Source of the DNA: Pelagomonas calceolata
Taxonomy: Eukaryota
DNA: 64,000 nt
Direction of reading: 5' to 3'
NCBI GenBank assembly: GCA_918797485.1
Contig: CAKKNE010000003.1
Coordinates: 5,208,001-5,272,000 of the forward strand
This document shows positions 21,398 to 31,413 of the stretch, piece after piece. Position numbers and translations under genes: made by a program. Position 1 is the first letter of the stretch, and each line of letters opens with the position of its first letter. The notes beneath the pieces were generated by a model. That model did not search any database. It was given only the letters and a program-made list of their open reading frames with translations, and had not been told where the DNA came from.

Positions 21398-21537
21398 TCA
21401 CTGGTTGATTTGCGCACAGGTCGGATGGCAGCTGGGCAAGGGGAGCTTCGGCACCGTTTTTGTCGCGCTCTCGCGCGCGAACCGACGCGACGTCCGCGCG
21501 GTCAAGGTCATCGACCTCGGCCACGCCGACGCGCGGA
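21398..21537 (+). pseudogene. Inverted kinase fragment (VGWQLGKGSFGTV...HADAR) preceded by an introner 3' end
   Basis: 21420-21537 is the reverse complement of about 15959-16076 and is preceded by CTGGTTGATTTGCGCACAG. Confidence 0.9.
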
Positions 21538-21545
21538 GGGGGAGT

Positions 21546-21822
21546 ACAGCGATTGTGCTATGATACTGTAGCTACCTTTATCTAGAGCTCATCTCAGGAT
21601 CTAGTAGATATCAGAGGCTAGTGGCCTGTATCTTAGGATACTTCCTTCTCCCTCTTAATCTCCTTTATTCCAACTCTGTCTTCTCAGGGTTGAGGGGGTT
21701 CCCACACTGGCACTCTCACGTTTCAGTGAGAGTTCTTCCTGTTGGCATCTCCGTGTCACATTGACACCCGAGAGACCTAGCTACCACAGCTGCATTGTGC
21801 ACTTGCTGCACCCAGCTCATTA
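21546..21822 (+). repeat. Interspersed repeat C (near-identical copy at about 53336-53612)
   Basis: GTGCTATGATACTGTAGCTACCTTTATCTAGAGCTC...CACTTGCTGCACCCAGCTCATTA occurs at both loci. CpG-poor. Confidence 0.92.
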
Positions 21823-22034
21823 GACACCAGCACATACCGAAGCTAATATCGCTGAAAGTTCCTATCCTATGGACCTACCAGTACCGTATGTATTCAAGGT
21901 ACGCAACCGTAGGAGCCTAGCCCGGGGCGGGAACTCCTCCGAGAGTTTCTGCACCGCGGTGGCGACGAGCATAGTTGGTTGGGATAACATGCCCCGTCCA
22001 CACAACGAGTAGTAGCAAAGAAAGCGAGGATCAT

Positions 22035-24332
22035 ATGGGCAGCCTAGAGGTGAGCCCAGCCGCCGACGTCCTCGTCTACGAGGTCGTCGACGACGAAAGC
22101 GCGCGGACGCGGGCACAGCTCCACTACTTTCTCGTCGACGGCTCGGCGGCGGTCTTCGGCGGCGGCGGGCGGGCACCGACGGCGTTCCGCCTCGGCGCAG
22201 GACCCGGCGACCGCGCGCCGCTGTTCGCCGCCGGCGCCGGGCGGAGGCGGCTGCGCCCGGTCGACCTCGCCGTCGGCGCGCGCGCGGTCGCGGCGGGGCG
22301 GACGTGGCGGGTCGTCGACGCGGGCACCGCGTCGACGCGCGAATACTACCGGCGCCTCGGGCGACCGTTGGGCAGGCGTCCGGCCGCGCCGGGCGCGCGC
22401 GTCGGCGTCGTGGAGGATGTGGCGACCTTTTACGGCGACGACGGCGTAGAGCGCATCCGCGTTCGCTGCTTTCCGCGCGACGCGACGGTCGAGGTCCTGT
22501 CCGCGGACGGGAAGCGAGTCCGCGTCGCGCGGCGTGCGACGGAAGACGACCCGCCGTTCGCCGACGTACTCCGGGCGGCGGCGCGCGGGGGCGGCGTCGC
22601 GACGTTCGGCGGCCTCACGTGCCGCCTGACGTCGTGGGACGCCGCCGCGGACGCGTGGTGGCGCCGCGTCGGCAGCGGCGGAAGCGGTTGCGGCGCTGCG
22701 CCCCCCCCAGCGCCGCTCGACGCGGGCGACGAGAAAACGCTACGGTTCCGGGGGCACTTGGCGGACGCGGCGGGTGCCGGCGCGGCCGTCGCGCTCTGGC
22801 GCGACGACGGCACGCTCGAGGTCGTCGACGGCGTCGCGAACGTCGTCGTCGCGCGCGCGCGGTACGATGTCCTGCGGCCGGCGGCCGACGCGGCGTCGCG
22901 TTGGCCGCCGGCGCCGCCGCCGGCGCGGCCGCTCGCGCTCCGCGACCTCGCGCGCGGCGGCGCCGTCCGCATCGCGGTGCGCGGCAACTCGACGGTTACG
23001 GTCGTCGCGGGCGCGGTCGACGCCGTCACGGCGGCGGAGCTCGCGCGGCGTGCGGCGCCGCCGGCACGCTGCCAGGTCGCCACGCTGAATGGCGAGCCCG
23101 CCGACGCCGCCGTCGCGCGCGCCGACGCCGAGGCGGTCGCGGTGCGACTCGTCGCGGACGGCGGCGGCGGCGCGGACGCGGCACGCTGCCTCGCGCGCCT
23201 GGCGCTGCGCCTGCGCGACGGTCGTGTCAACGTGCGCGCGCTCGCGCGCACGACGGGCCTCCTCGCCGCGGGCGCCGCCGACGGCGTCGTCTCGCACGAT
23301 CGCTTTGTCGCGTTCGTCGCGTGCGACCTCGAGCGCGCCATCGAGGCGGCCGTCCGGCGGCGGCGCGTAGCCGCGGCGGCCGCCGACGCCGCCGCCGCGG
23401 TGGCGGCCGCGCGGCGCCGCGACGACGGCGAGACCGAAGCCGCCGCCGCGGCCGCCGTCGTCGCGCGCGCGTTCGGCGCTGCGGCGCCGCCCGAGGCGGC
23501 CGCGGCGAGTGCGGGCGCGGCACCCGTTCGCGTCGACGACGCGCTCGACGCGCTGGCGCTGTGCGCGGCCGCGCCGCGAGCGCTCGGCGCCGCGTGCGCC
23601 GCCGCGGCCGACGGCGCGGGGGCGGTGGAACGCTCGTGCCACGCGCTTCGCTGCGGCCTCGCGCGGCGCTGCGTGGGTTTTGCTGACGCGGCGACCGTGC
23701 GCTTCCGCCTGCGCCGAAGGGACGCGACGAGGACTGGCGTCTTGTCGAAGGACCCGTTCCTCGCCGCGCTACGCTCGTGCGGGCTCCACCGCGACTTCGT
23801 CGACGAACGCGCAATAGACGGGCTCGCAAGCCACTTCGCGCCGCCGCCGGACGCTCCGCCGGGCGCGTTCGTCGCGTACGAGTCGTTCTGCGACGCCTTG
23901 TATCTGTGTGATTTCGACGGCGCGTGGCCGCTCGTTGCCGCCGCGTCCCCGCCGGCACGGGCGCCGCCGCCCGCGTTTCCGGCCGCACCGCCGTCCGAGG
24001 CGGAGGCCCGCGCGCAGCGCGCTCTGGCGCGCGCGCTCGGCGGCCGCGCGCACCGCCGCCGCGCGCTGCGCGCCAGGCTCGCGGCCGTCGCCGACGGCGC
24101 GCCAGCAGCGCGCTGCTTCGTTTGCCGCGCGGCGTTCGTCGCGGCGGCGACGCGCTTCTTTGACGAATGCGGCGTCGACGTCACTCGCGACGCCATCGCG
24201 CGTTTTGCCGATGCCGCCTTCCGCGTCCACGACCACTTGGCCGTCGACGACGTCCTCGCGGCCGCCGCCTCCCTCGAGGGTCCCCGCGCGACAGCAAGTC
24301 TCGCGACGGCGGCGGCGGCGGCTGGTCGTTAG
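22035..24332 (+). CDS. Divergent EFHC1/Rib72-like protein (three DM10-like domains plus degenerate EF hands)
   Basis: LHYFLVDGSAAVF, DLAVGARAVAAGRTWRVVDA..STREYY, RVRCFPRDATVEV and KTLRFRGHL...LWRDDGTLEV resemble DM10 repeats. DATRTGVL..F and VAYESFC resemble EF hands. Confidence 0.6.
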   Translation: MGSLEVSPAADVLVYEVVDDESARTRAQLHYFLVDGSAAVFGGGGRAPTAFRLGAGPGDRAPLFAAGAGRRRLRPVDLAVGARAVAAGRTWRVVDAGTASTREYYRRLGRPLGRRPAAPGARVGVVEDVATFYGDDGVERIRVRCFPRDATVEVLSADGKRVRVARRATEDDPPFADVLRAAARGGGVATFGGLTCRLTSWDAAADAWWRRVGSGGSGCGAAPPPAPLDAGDEKTLRFRGHLADAAGAGAAVALWRDDGTLEVVDGVANVVVARARYDVLRPAADAASRWPPAPPPARPLALRDLARGGAVRIAVRGNSTVTVVAGAVDAVTAAELARRAAPPARCQVATLNGEPADAAVARADAEAVAVRLVADGGGGADAARCLARLALRLRDGRVNVRALARTTGLLAAGAADGVVSHDRFVAFVACDLERAIEAAVRRRRVAAAAADAAAAVAAARRRDDGETEAAAAAAVVARAFGAAAPPEAAAASAGAAPVRVDDALDALALCAAAPRALGAACAAAADGAGAVERSCHALRCGLARRCVGFADAATVRFRLRRRDATRTGVLSKDPFLAALRSCGLHRDFVDERAIDGLASHFAPPPDAPPGAFVAYESFCDALYLCDFDGAWPLVAAASPPARAPPPAFPAAPPSEAEARAQRALARALGGRAHRRRALRARLAAVADGAPAARCFVCRAAFVAAATRFFDECGVDVTRDAIARFADAAFRVHDHLAVDDVLAAAASLEGPRATASLATAAAAAGR

Positions 24333-24752
24333 ACCGTTAATTTAAAACCGGTGAGATGTGGACCTTCAAGTCCGCCGCAGTGCGTCCAATCGGACTCGGA
24401 GTTTAGCGACTAGACGCCTCCCCGGGCCGAAGGCTGGGACTAGACCCTTCAAGTTGGATGTACAGGATCCACCTTTAATTTATTTATTTATTTATTTATT
24501 TGCTTTGCTTAGAGCTAGGCCGCCTAGCCGCGGCCCGCCGCGGGGGCTGCGTGACCGAACGCCCGCCCCGCCCCCTATTTAAGAAGGAACAATTACTGCG
24601 CATCGTGGACGGAGGACACAATGACCACACAAGTGTCCAATAAGAAATTCAGTAGGAACGCACACCAAGCCCCCCCCAAATGCGCACAGTGGCGAACACT
24701 CCCGATTACATCCCTGCTTGATCCCCGAACGACCCCCGATGTTCTTCGCAGG

Positions 24753-25373
24753 TCACGGCTTCTTGCCGCCGAAGAGCTTTTGGATCAAGGCAAAGGGCGA
24801 GCCCAGGACCTTGAAGAACGAGCGAATGAGCGCGCGGATCGGGTTCTCGCGCCGCTCCACGACCTCGGCCGCGTCGGCGGTCGCCGCGTCGGCGTCCGCG
24901 TCGGCGCTCGCGGCGTCTGCGCTCGGCTCCGCGGCCGCGCCGGTCGCGCCCGCTGCGTCCGCATCCGCCGCGGCCTCGGGCGCCGCTGCCGCGGCAGGCG
25001 CGGCTTCCCAGCCGTTGGGGACGAGCAGTTCGCCGTGCGCGTCGGCAAAAACCTTGATCCGCACGTTCTCGGGTGGCGCCGGCGCCTGGCCCTGGTGGCC
25101 GGTCCAGCCCGCCGGCCGCGCGGAGGGGTACCACCAGTAGACGGTCTGCGTCGCGGCGGCGTCGCCCTTGAGCGCCACTTCCACCTCAAGCTGTCCGATC
25201 GACACCGAGTCGACGTGGCCTTCGCGGCGGCTCACCTCTTCGGCCGTCGCGGAGACAATCCGGCCCACGACAATGAGATCCGCCGTTTCCTCGCGCGCGT
25301 CGGGGTCGAGTGGCGGAACCGCGGCGCGCGCGCACAGCGCGCATAGCGCTATGCGCGCCACGACCCTCCTCAT
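24753..25373 (-). CDS. Secreted hypothetical protein (206 aa)
   Basis: Signal peptide MRRVVARIALCALCARA, a small beta-rich domain (ADLIVVGRIVS), an Ala/Asp linker and an amphipathic C-terminal helix. Confidence 0.7.
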   Translation of the reverse strand: MRRVVARIALCALCARAAVPPLDPDAREETADLIVVGRIVSATAEEVSRREGHVDSVSIGQLEVEVALKGDAAATQTVYWWYPSARPAGWTGHQGQAPAPPENVRIKVFADAHGELLVPNGWEAAPAAAAAPEAAADADAAGATGAAAEPSADAASADADADAATADAAEVVERRENPIRALIRSFFKVLGSPFALIQKLFGGKKP

Positions 25374-26122
25374 CTCAGAACGCGCCTGCGTGGGACCGAA
25401 CGTCGAAACGCGAGCCCCGTTCCCAGAGGGCGGACGTCTTCTCGAAAGATTCGACGCGACTTGCCGCCGCTCGTCCCCAGCGACCGCTGGTAGGATGCCG
25501 CGTGCAAAGCAATACTCAGTCGACGCGAAGATAATCGATGTAAAAAACGACCCTGTACCATACAGCTTTTTTTCGCCGTTCGTCTCGCCCGGCCTCTGAC
25601 AATGCTCTTTAGCTCTACGGCTGCCAGTTTTGCTGCCTGCTTGCTAGTGTCTTACAGCCGCTAGCCCGGATAAAACACTGGCGATTGAGCCCCGAGCCTC
25701 CTGAGCTCGCGGGTTTCTACGTCGAGAGCGTTGGGGTTCTAAGTCGTCTTCCGCCGAGATTTCCGCCGCCGATGAATCGGCGACGCGCGGTGTCTCCCTC
25801 CAGGGGCGCCGCCCACTAGTCCTAGCACCGTAATAGATAATCTACCACGATTGATTCGTCCACCTGAGCTCTCCGCGACGTACGAGCTGGCCACTGGCCC
25901 CTCTGCTGAGGTTCCAACGTACTAGCCGTAGTAGCCGAGTAGGACATGTGTTCGCAGCAAGGCCTGTCCGAGCCTTAGCACCGTACTAGAAACTTGAAAA
26001 TCATTTTAGAGTCGGCGGGGTTCTCGCGCACACCACAGACAAAGGGAGTACCTATTCCGGCTGGTGGACAAAGAGCCCGGCGATCGACGCGCCGATGAGC
26101 GTGTCCTAGGGAAAATAAGCCG

Positions 26123-29100
26123 TCACGCGGCGGCCACCACGTTCTCCCCGCGGAGCGTGCCGATGAACGTCGTGACGTCCTCGACGAAGAGGACCACGAT
26201 CTGGCGCCGCGAGTGCATCGTGGAGCACTCCGTGAAGCGGTGAAAGCAGGGGCACTGCGTCCGCCGCATGTACGTGACGTAGTGGCCGCCGGCGACCTTC
26301 GTCAGCCGGATCGCGGGCGTCACGGGGAGGCCCTGGACGACGCCGACGAAGAGCCCGTAGACGGCGGCGGCCGCGGCGACCATGGCGACGCCCTCGAGGA
26401 CCTCGAGGCCCTCGCGTCGGTCGTGGCCGGACGTGTCCGAGCAGAGTATCGGCACGGTGATCGCGAGCGCGGCCAGCGTCGAGTACCCCGCGATGAACTT
26501 GGTCCGCTCGTCGCAGACCGCAGTCCCGATCAGGTTCCGCCGGTCGGGGACCGTCGAAAAGAGGAACCCCGCGGCGAGCGCGGCTTTCACGAACACGTCG
26601 GGGCCGCACAGCGCGCGCCAGCAGACGACGGCGCCCAGGGCGCCGCCCGCCCAGCGGTCAACGCCGTCGTACGGCAGGCGCAAAAAGTGGACGTAGAGCG
26701 ACGCCAGCGCGAACGGCTGGCACGCGAGGATGTAGAGCAGGGCGCACGCGACGCACTGCCCCCTCGTGAATCGGCTCAGCTCCTCCATGGCCCCGAGCGG
26801 CACGGCGACCTCGGCTTCCTTCGGGTCCTCGGACCCGACGGTCAGCGCGCTCACCTCGGGCAGCGTGTTCACGTACACGAGCTCGACCCAGTGGGGGAGA
26901 AGACACACGACCTCCTTGCTCACCTTGTAGAGGGGCCGCGCGTCGAGGACGCAGGCGAGCGCCACGACGACGAAGCGAGGGACCGGCGCGACCCACACCG
27001 CGCCCACGGGCACGACCCACCACAAAAAGTCGAAGACCACGACGCCGCCGAAGGCGTGGAGCGGCGTGTACAGCACGGTCGGCCCGGGCCGGCCCGTCGC
27101 GGGGTCGGCGTCGATCCAGTCCGTTAGGGCGACGCCCGCCGCGAGCGCCAGAAACGCGAAGAACGGAAGCACGGTCGCCGCCGCGAACCGGAGCTGCCAT
27201 TTGACGTCGACGTCGAGCTCGAAGACGTGCTTCTGCGCCGCGTCCCCGTCGTCGTCGTCGTCGCCGTACGCGTCGAACTCGTCGTCGCTGTCCTCGGCGT
27301 CGAGGCGGAAGTCGCACTGGCACGCGCGCGCGAGGAACGCCGCGGCGGCGTTGACCCACTGGGGCACGACCATGTCGTAGAACGCGAGGGGCCCCTTGAC
27401 GAAGTAGACCTTGACGAGGAAGTAGACCACGTTGTAGAGCGCGAAGAGGCCCGCGATCGACACGTAGAGGTACGCGCCGTTGAGGCGACGGAAGAAGCGC
27501 GCGTCCTGGTCGACGAAGAGGAAGCGGTCCTTGGCGTTCGCGTCCTTTTCCCGCGCGTGGCGCCGTTCCGGCCGCTTGCCCGGTCGCACCCCCGCGTAGT
27601 TGGCGCGCCTTTCGGCGGGCACGTCGAACGCGCGGCACCCGTCGGCCCGCCGGTCGACCTCGTCGCAGTCCTCTTTCTCGGTCGCGGCGACGACGTCCCA
27701 GCGTCGGGTCAGGTTGACGACCGCCGGGCAGCCGCTCGCGCAGCACTCCTTTTCGCCGCCGCAGTTTGGCGCGCAGGCGGGCCGGAACGCGGCGTGCCGC
27801 CGCAGCGACGCTTTGTAGAGGCGGCCGTCGACGACCTTCGTCGGCCTGCGCCACCGGTCTCGCACTGTCCGTCTCGCGCTGGTCCGCGCCTCGCACTGGT
27901 CCGTCTCGTAGCAGCACTGCGCCACGCGGATGTCCTCGCGGGCGTCCAGGAGCGTGCCGACGTCGTCGTCGTCGAGGGCGCCCCGCCCCGCCCACTGCGC
28001 CGCGGCCTTCCAGTCCCGCGCGAAGCGGTGGAAGACGTTTATGGACCCGACGGCCCAGTGCTCGCGGCCCCGCAAAAAGGACGGCTGGCTGATCTTGAAG
28101 CGCGTCGCCGGCGTCGCGCCGCCGTCGGGGATCCGCGCCGAGACCCACCTGAAGTCCGGGCTCGCGTACGCGTACGGCTCCAACGTCGCGAACGGGGTCC
28201 ACGCCACGGACCCGGCGACGCTGTACCACAGCGTGACGGACGAGCCGTAGTTGCCGGCGCACTCGCGCCGGTCGGCGCCGACCGGCGCGAGCTTCAAGGC
28301 GAAGCTGACCTGGCCGCCGTGCCGCACGTCGAGCGGCACCGTCGTCGCCTCGCGCGTCCTCGCCCCCGAAAACCGCAGCGCGACGCCGCCGCCGCAGCCC
28401 GCGTCGACGGCGCCGCCGAAGACCGACTGCCACCGCCCGGACGCGCGCCGGTTCGCGCGGAACGCGCTCGCGTTGCCCGCCGGCCACGACCGGAAGTCGT
28501 CGTCGAAGACGTAGACGCCGTCGGCGAACGCCGCGTCCTGGACCTCGTCGCCCGCCACCTGCCGCGGCTGGCTCGCCGCGGTCGTCCCCACGCAGAAGTC
28601 GTAGCCCAGCCGTTTGCCCGACTGCGCCCAGAGGTCGAAATCAAAGATGCACGTGCTCCCGACGGCCTTGACGACCGAGTCGAGGTTGCAGCGCCGCCAC
28701 GTCGCGATGTTCGTGAGGTTGAGGTCGCCGCCGAGGCCCGCCGGCGCCGCGTAGTCGTGCCGGTCGTGGAGCTCGACGCACTCGAGGCGGTCGCAGCGCG
28801 GAAAGAAGCCGTAGCACTTGAAGCCGTGGAGCGTCCGTATGTCCCGCTGTGCGACGTGCGCGACGAACACGTACGCGCCGATCGCGGCGGCGACCACGAA
28901 GAGCGTGAGGCACCAGCCGGCGAGCACGGGCAGCATGCCCGGGTCGTCCAACGAGAAGTTGCCCAAGCCGCGCTTCGCGGCGTCCTTGCCGCAGACCGGG
29001 CACGTCGGGCGCTTCGAGTAGCAGGCGTCGCAGACGCAGCCGTCGCAGCACTTGCGGCGGACGCCCGGGTTCAGGCAAATCCTGCACTCCAAAAGCTCCT

Positions 29101-29665
29101 GCGTGATCTCGCGCTTGAGACGCCGCTGCCGCTCCGCCTCCGCCGCCTCGGCGTCGAGCTCGCTCAGATCTATCGGCTCCTCCACGTCCACTTCCGCCAG
29201 CGGCTTGCCGTCCTTGACGGCGACGCCGCACGCGGGACAGGCGCCCGACATGTCGTAGCAGAAGTCGCAGAGCTGGCCGCCGCAGCACTTGCGCTTCGTC
29301 GCCTCCTCGAAGCACTGGAAACATTCCAAAAACACGCCGTCGTCCTCCAGCGCCCTCAGGCGCCGCATTTGCTTCTCGAGCGCTTTCTTTCGCGCTTTCC
29401 GCTTCTTGAACATGGCCTTGATCTGCTTCGCCGACTTGGTCTTCTTCTTCTTCTTTCTCCGCGGGCGCCGCTTCTTGGACCAGTCGACGTCGAGGTCGTC
29501 GCCGAGGTCGTCGTCGTCGCCCTCCTTGGTCTCCATCGCCGCCGCCGTGTCGAGCGACTCGTCGCCGTCGTCGTCGGTCACGTGCGTCGGCGGCGCGCGG
29601 AACCAGCCGAACGGGCGCCAGCGCCGTCGCTGCGAGCGCGACCAGCAGGGCCGCATGAGACGCAT
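26123..29665 (-). CDS. Multi-pass membrane protein with two RING-like Cys clusters and a reelin-repeat-like domain (1180 aa)
   Basis: CxxC..CC..CxxC..CPxC occurs twice, followed by a TM. ALRFSGARTREATTVPLDV..GQVSF, LWYSVAG..W and TRFKISQ..HWAVGSINV resemble a reelin subrepeat. Several C-terminal TMs. Confidence 0.75.
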   Translation of the reverse strand: MRLMRPCWSRSQRRRWRPFGWFRAPPTHVTDDDGDESLDTAAAMETKEGDDDDLGDDLDVDWSKKRRPRRKKKKKTKSAKQIKAMFKKRKARKKALEKQMRRLRALEDDGVFLECFQCFEEATKRKCCGGQLCDFCYDMSGACPACGVAVKDGKPLAEVDVEEPIDLSELDAEAAEAERQRRLKREITQELLECRICLNPGVRRKCCDGCVCDACYSKRPTCPVCGKDAAKRGLGNFSLDDPGMLPVLAGWCLTLFVVAAAIGAYVFVAHVAQRDIRTLHGFKCYGFFPRCDRLECVELHDRHDYAAPAGLGGDLNLTNIATWRRCNLDSVVKAVGSTCIFDFDLWAQSGKRLGYDFCVGTTAASQPRQVAGDEVQDAAFADGVYVFDDDFRSWPAGNASAFRANRRASGRWQSVFGGAVDAGCGGGVALRFSGARTREATTVPLDVRHGGQVSFALKLAPVGADRRECAGNYGSSVTLWYSVAGSVAWTPFATLEPYAYASPDFRWVSARIPDGGATPATRFKISQPSFLRGREHWAVGSINVFHRFARDWKAAAQWAGRGALDDDDVGTLLDAREDIRVAQCCYETDQCEARTSARRTVRDRWRRPTKVVDGRLYKASLRRHAAFRPACAPNCGGEKECCASGCPAVVNLTRRWDVVAATEKEDCDEVDRRADGCRAFDVPAERRANYAGVRPGKRPERRHAREKDANAKDRFLFVDQDARFFRRLNGAYLYVSIAGLFALYNVVYFLVKVYFVKGPLAFYDMVVPQWVNAAAAFLARACQCDFRLDAEDSDDEFDAYGDDDDDGDAAQKHVFELDVDVKWQLRFAAATVLPFFAFLALAAGVALTDWIDADPATGRPGPTVLYTPLHAFGGVVVFDFLWWVVPVGAVWVAPVPRFVVVALACVLDARPLYKVSKEVVCLLPHWVELVYVNTLPEVSALTVGSEDPKEAEVAVPLGAMEELSRFTRGQCVACALLYILACQPFALASLYVHFLRLPYDGVDRWAGGALGAVVCWRALCGPDVFVKAALAAGFLFSTVPDRRNLIGTAVCDERTKFIAGYSTLAALAITVPILCSDTSGHDRREGLEVLEGVAMVAAAAAVYGLFVGVVQGLPVTPAIRLTKVAGGHYVTYMRRTQCPCFHRFTECSTMHSRRQIVVLFVEDVTTFIGTLRGENVVAAA

Positions 29666-29992
29666 TTACTTCCTCCTCTGCTGCTTTTAGGGCTGCCCGC
29701 GCGCTACCGCAGCGCCGTGGGCTTCCCTGAGGTCCAGGGCACCGAAATCCGCGGCCTTTGGACAAGCAGCGCCCGGCAGCGCCAGCAAGTACCTCGGTAC
29801 CGTTAATAGGTTAACATGCCCGGCGGCCTACCAGCTTGTTTGTACCGTGGTTGAGCCGGTTTCACAAGCCAATGATACTCGTGATCGATCGCTCTGTTTC
29901 TGTGAAGTTTCGCTGTGTAAAACAGCGACTGTCGGGGGCTGGCAGGACTGTGTGGGGTTAAAGGCGACGCCGCCATGGGTTGAACTACACAC

Positions 29993-31069
29993 ATGATGCG
30001 CGTCCCTATAATTTTATCTCTCGCGCGGGCCTTCGTCGGCGGCCTGGCGCCGCTCGCGCCGACCACGACGCGAGGCATGCGGTCGCAGACGCGGCGCGGC
30101 GGGCGGCGCGCCGCGCCCTATTCAGACGTCGCCGAGGCGTGCGCGGCCCTCGGCCGGCGCGCCGCGGAGCTGACGCGGGCCAACACGTCACCAGACCTAG
30201 TCGTCGTCCCGACCCCGCTCGGCGAGCCGGCGGACCTCACGGTCCGCGCGATCGCGGCGCTCGCGGCCGCGGACGTCGTTGCCTGCGAGGACACACGAGT
30301 CGCGGGCTTGCTGTACGAGGCCGCAGGCATCGAACGCAAAGCGGCATTCGTGCGCCACGACGCGGCGACCGCGGCGGCGACCGCACCACGGCTCGTCGAG
30401 GCGATGCGCCGGGGCGAGACGGTGGCCCTGGTCTCGGACGCGGGTACGCCGGCCGTGTCGGACCCCGGGGCTCTCTTGGTGCGGGCGGCGCGCGACGCCG
30501 GCCTCGCGGTGCGCGCGCTGCCGGGGCCCTGCGCGGCGACGACGGCGCTGTCGGCGTCAGGCTTTGGGAATGGCCTGGCGTTTTCCTTCTTGGGTTTTGT
30601 GGAAGGTCGAGGGGCTTCCGCGGCTCGCAGGCGCGCTCTACGAAGCGCGTTGGACGCGGCCGTCGAGGGTCCCGCGGTGCTCTACGAGTCGCCGCGGCGC
30701 GTGCGCCAGACGCTCCTCGATTTAGACAAATTGGACGGCGGCGCGTCCCAACGCCTCGTCCTCATCGCGCGCGAGCTCACGAAAACCCACGAGGAGACGT
30801 GGCGCGGGGCGTTGGGGGATGCGGTCGCCTACCTGGACGCGGGCGGCGGCGGCGCGGCGGCCCCGGGCGAGCCCCCGCGCGGCGAGTTCACACTCGTCCT
30901 CGACGCGAAGCCGAAACAGGCCGGCAGCGCCGAGGATGCCAAAGCCCGCGTCGCGGAGCTGAGAGCGTCCGGTTTGTCCGCCTCGGACGCGGCGAAGGCG
31001 GCGGCCTCGGAACTCGGCCTCAAGAAGTCGGAGGTGTACAGGCTGGCCCTCGACGCCGGCGAGGAGTAG
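29993..31069 (+). CDS. rsmI: Plastid-targeted 16S rRNA (C1402) 2'-O-methyltransferase
   Basis: VVPTPLG, ACEDTR, ALVSDAGTPAVSDPG, LPGPCA, LYESPRR, ARELTKTHEE and RGEFTLV motifs. Presequence ends ARA-FV. Confidence 0.93.
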   Translation: MMRVPIILSLARAFVGGLAPLAPTTTRGMRSQTRRGGRRAAPYSDVAEACAALGRRAAELTRANTSPDLVVVPTPLGEPADLTVRAIAALAAADVVACEDTRVAGLLYEAAGIERKAAFVRHDAATAAATAPRLVEAMRRGETVALVSDAGTPAVSDPGALLVRAARDAGLAVRALPGPCAATTALSASGFGNGLAFSFLGFVEGRGASAARRRALRSALDAAVEGPAVLYESPRRVRQTLLDLDKLDGGASQRLVLIARELTKTHEETWRGALGDAVAYLDAGGGGAAAPGEPPRGEFTLVLDAKPKQAGSAEDAKARVAELRASGLSASDAAKAAASELGLKKSEVYRLALDAGEE

Positions 31070-31413
31070 ACAACACCGCCCTGCGCTTTAAAGGAACTTT
31101 CTGTGCTCTCTCATCGTGTGGAGGGCTGTGGGGGGGGACTTGGCCCAGTCTCTGACTGGCCCGGGGGTACTTAGGACCCTGCTACTTTACATAGCGCTCG
31201 ACATACTCTTGCTACAGCCCCGTTCCGCAATAGGTACGGCGGGTTACTACCTAAGGTACCTACGGTATACCTAGCTCTGCAGAGCATTAATTGGCAGGCT
31301 TGTACCGTGGTACCGTGGTACCGTAGGTGGCACAGGAGAGCCCGCCTACCGCAGTAAGGTAATATGCCCGTCATGGAAACCACGCCAAGGTCATTTAGCG
31401 GCTAGAGCGTCGC

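Larger units (their letters stand above)
16517..24387 (+). repeat. Direct segmental duplication: 16517-18957 and 21929-24387
   Basis: Both copies begin GGGAACTCCTCCGAGAGT and end GACCTTCAAGTCCGCCGCAGTGCGTCC. Confidence 0.95.

Noticed and set aside
29993..31069. rsmI as evidence of bacterial contamination or recent transfer
   Set aside because: It has a plastid-type presequence and host codon usage, and is embedded among eukaryotic genes.
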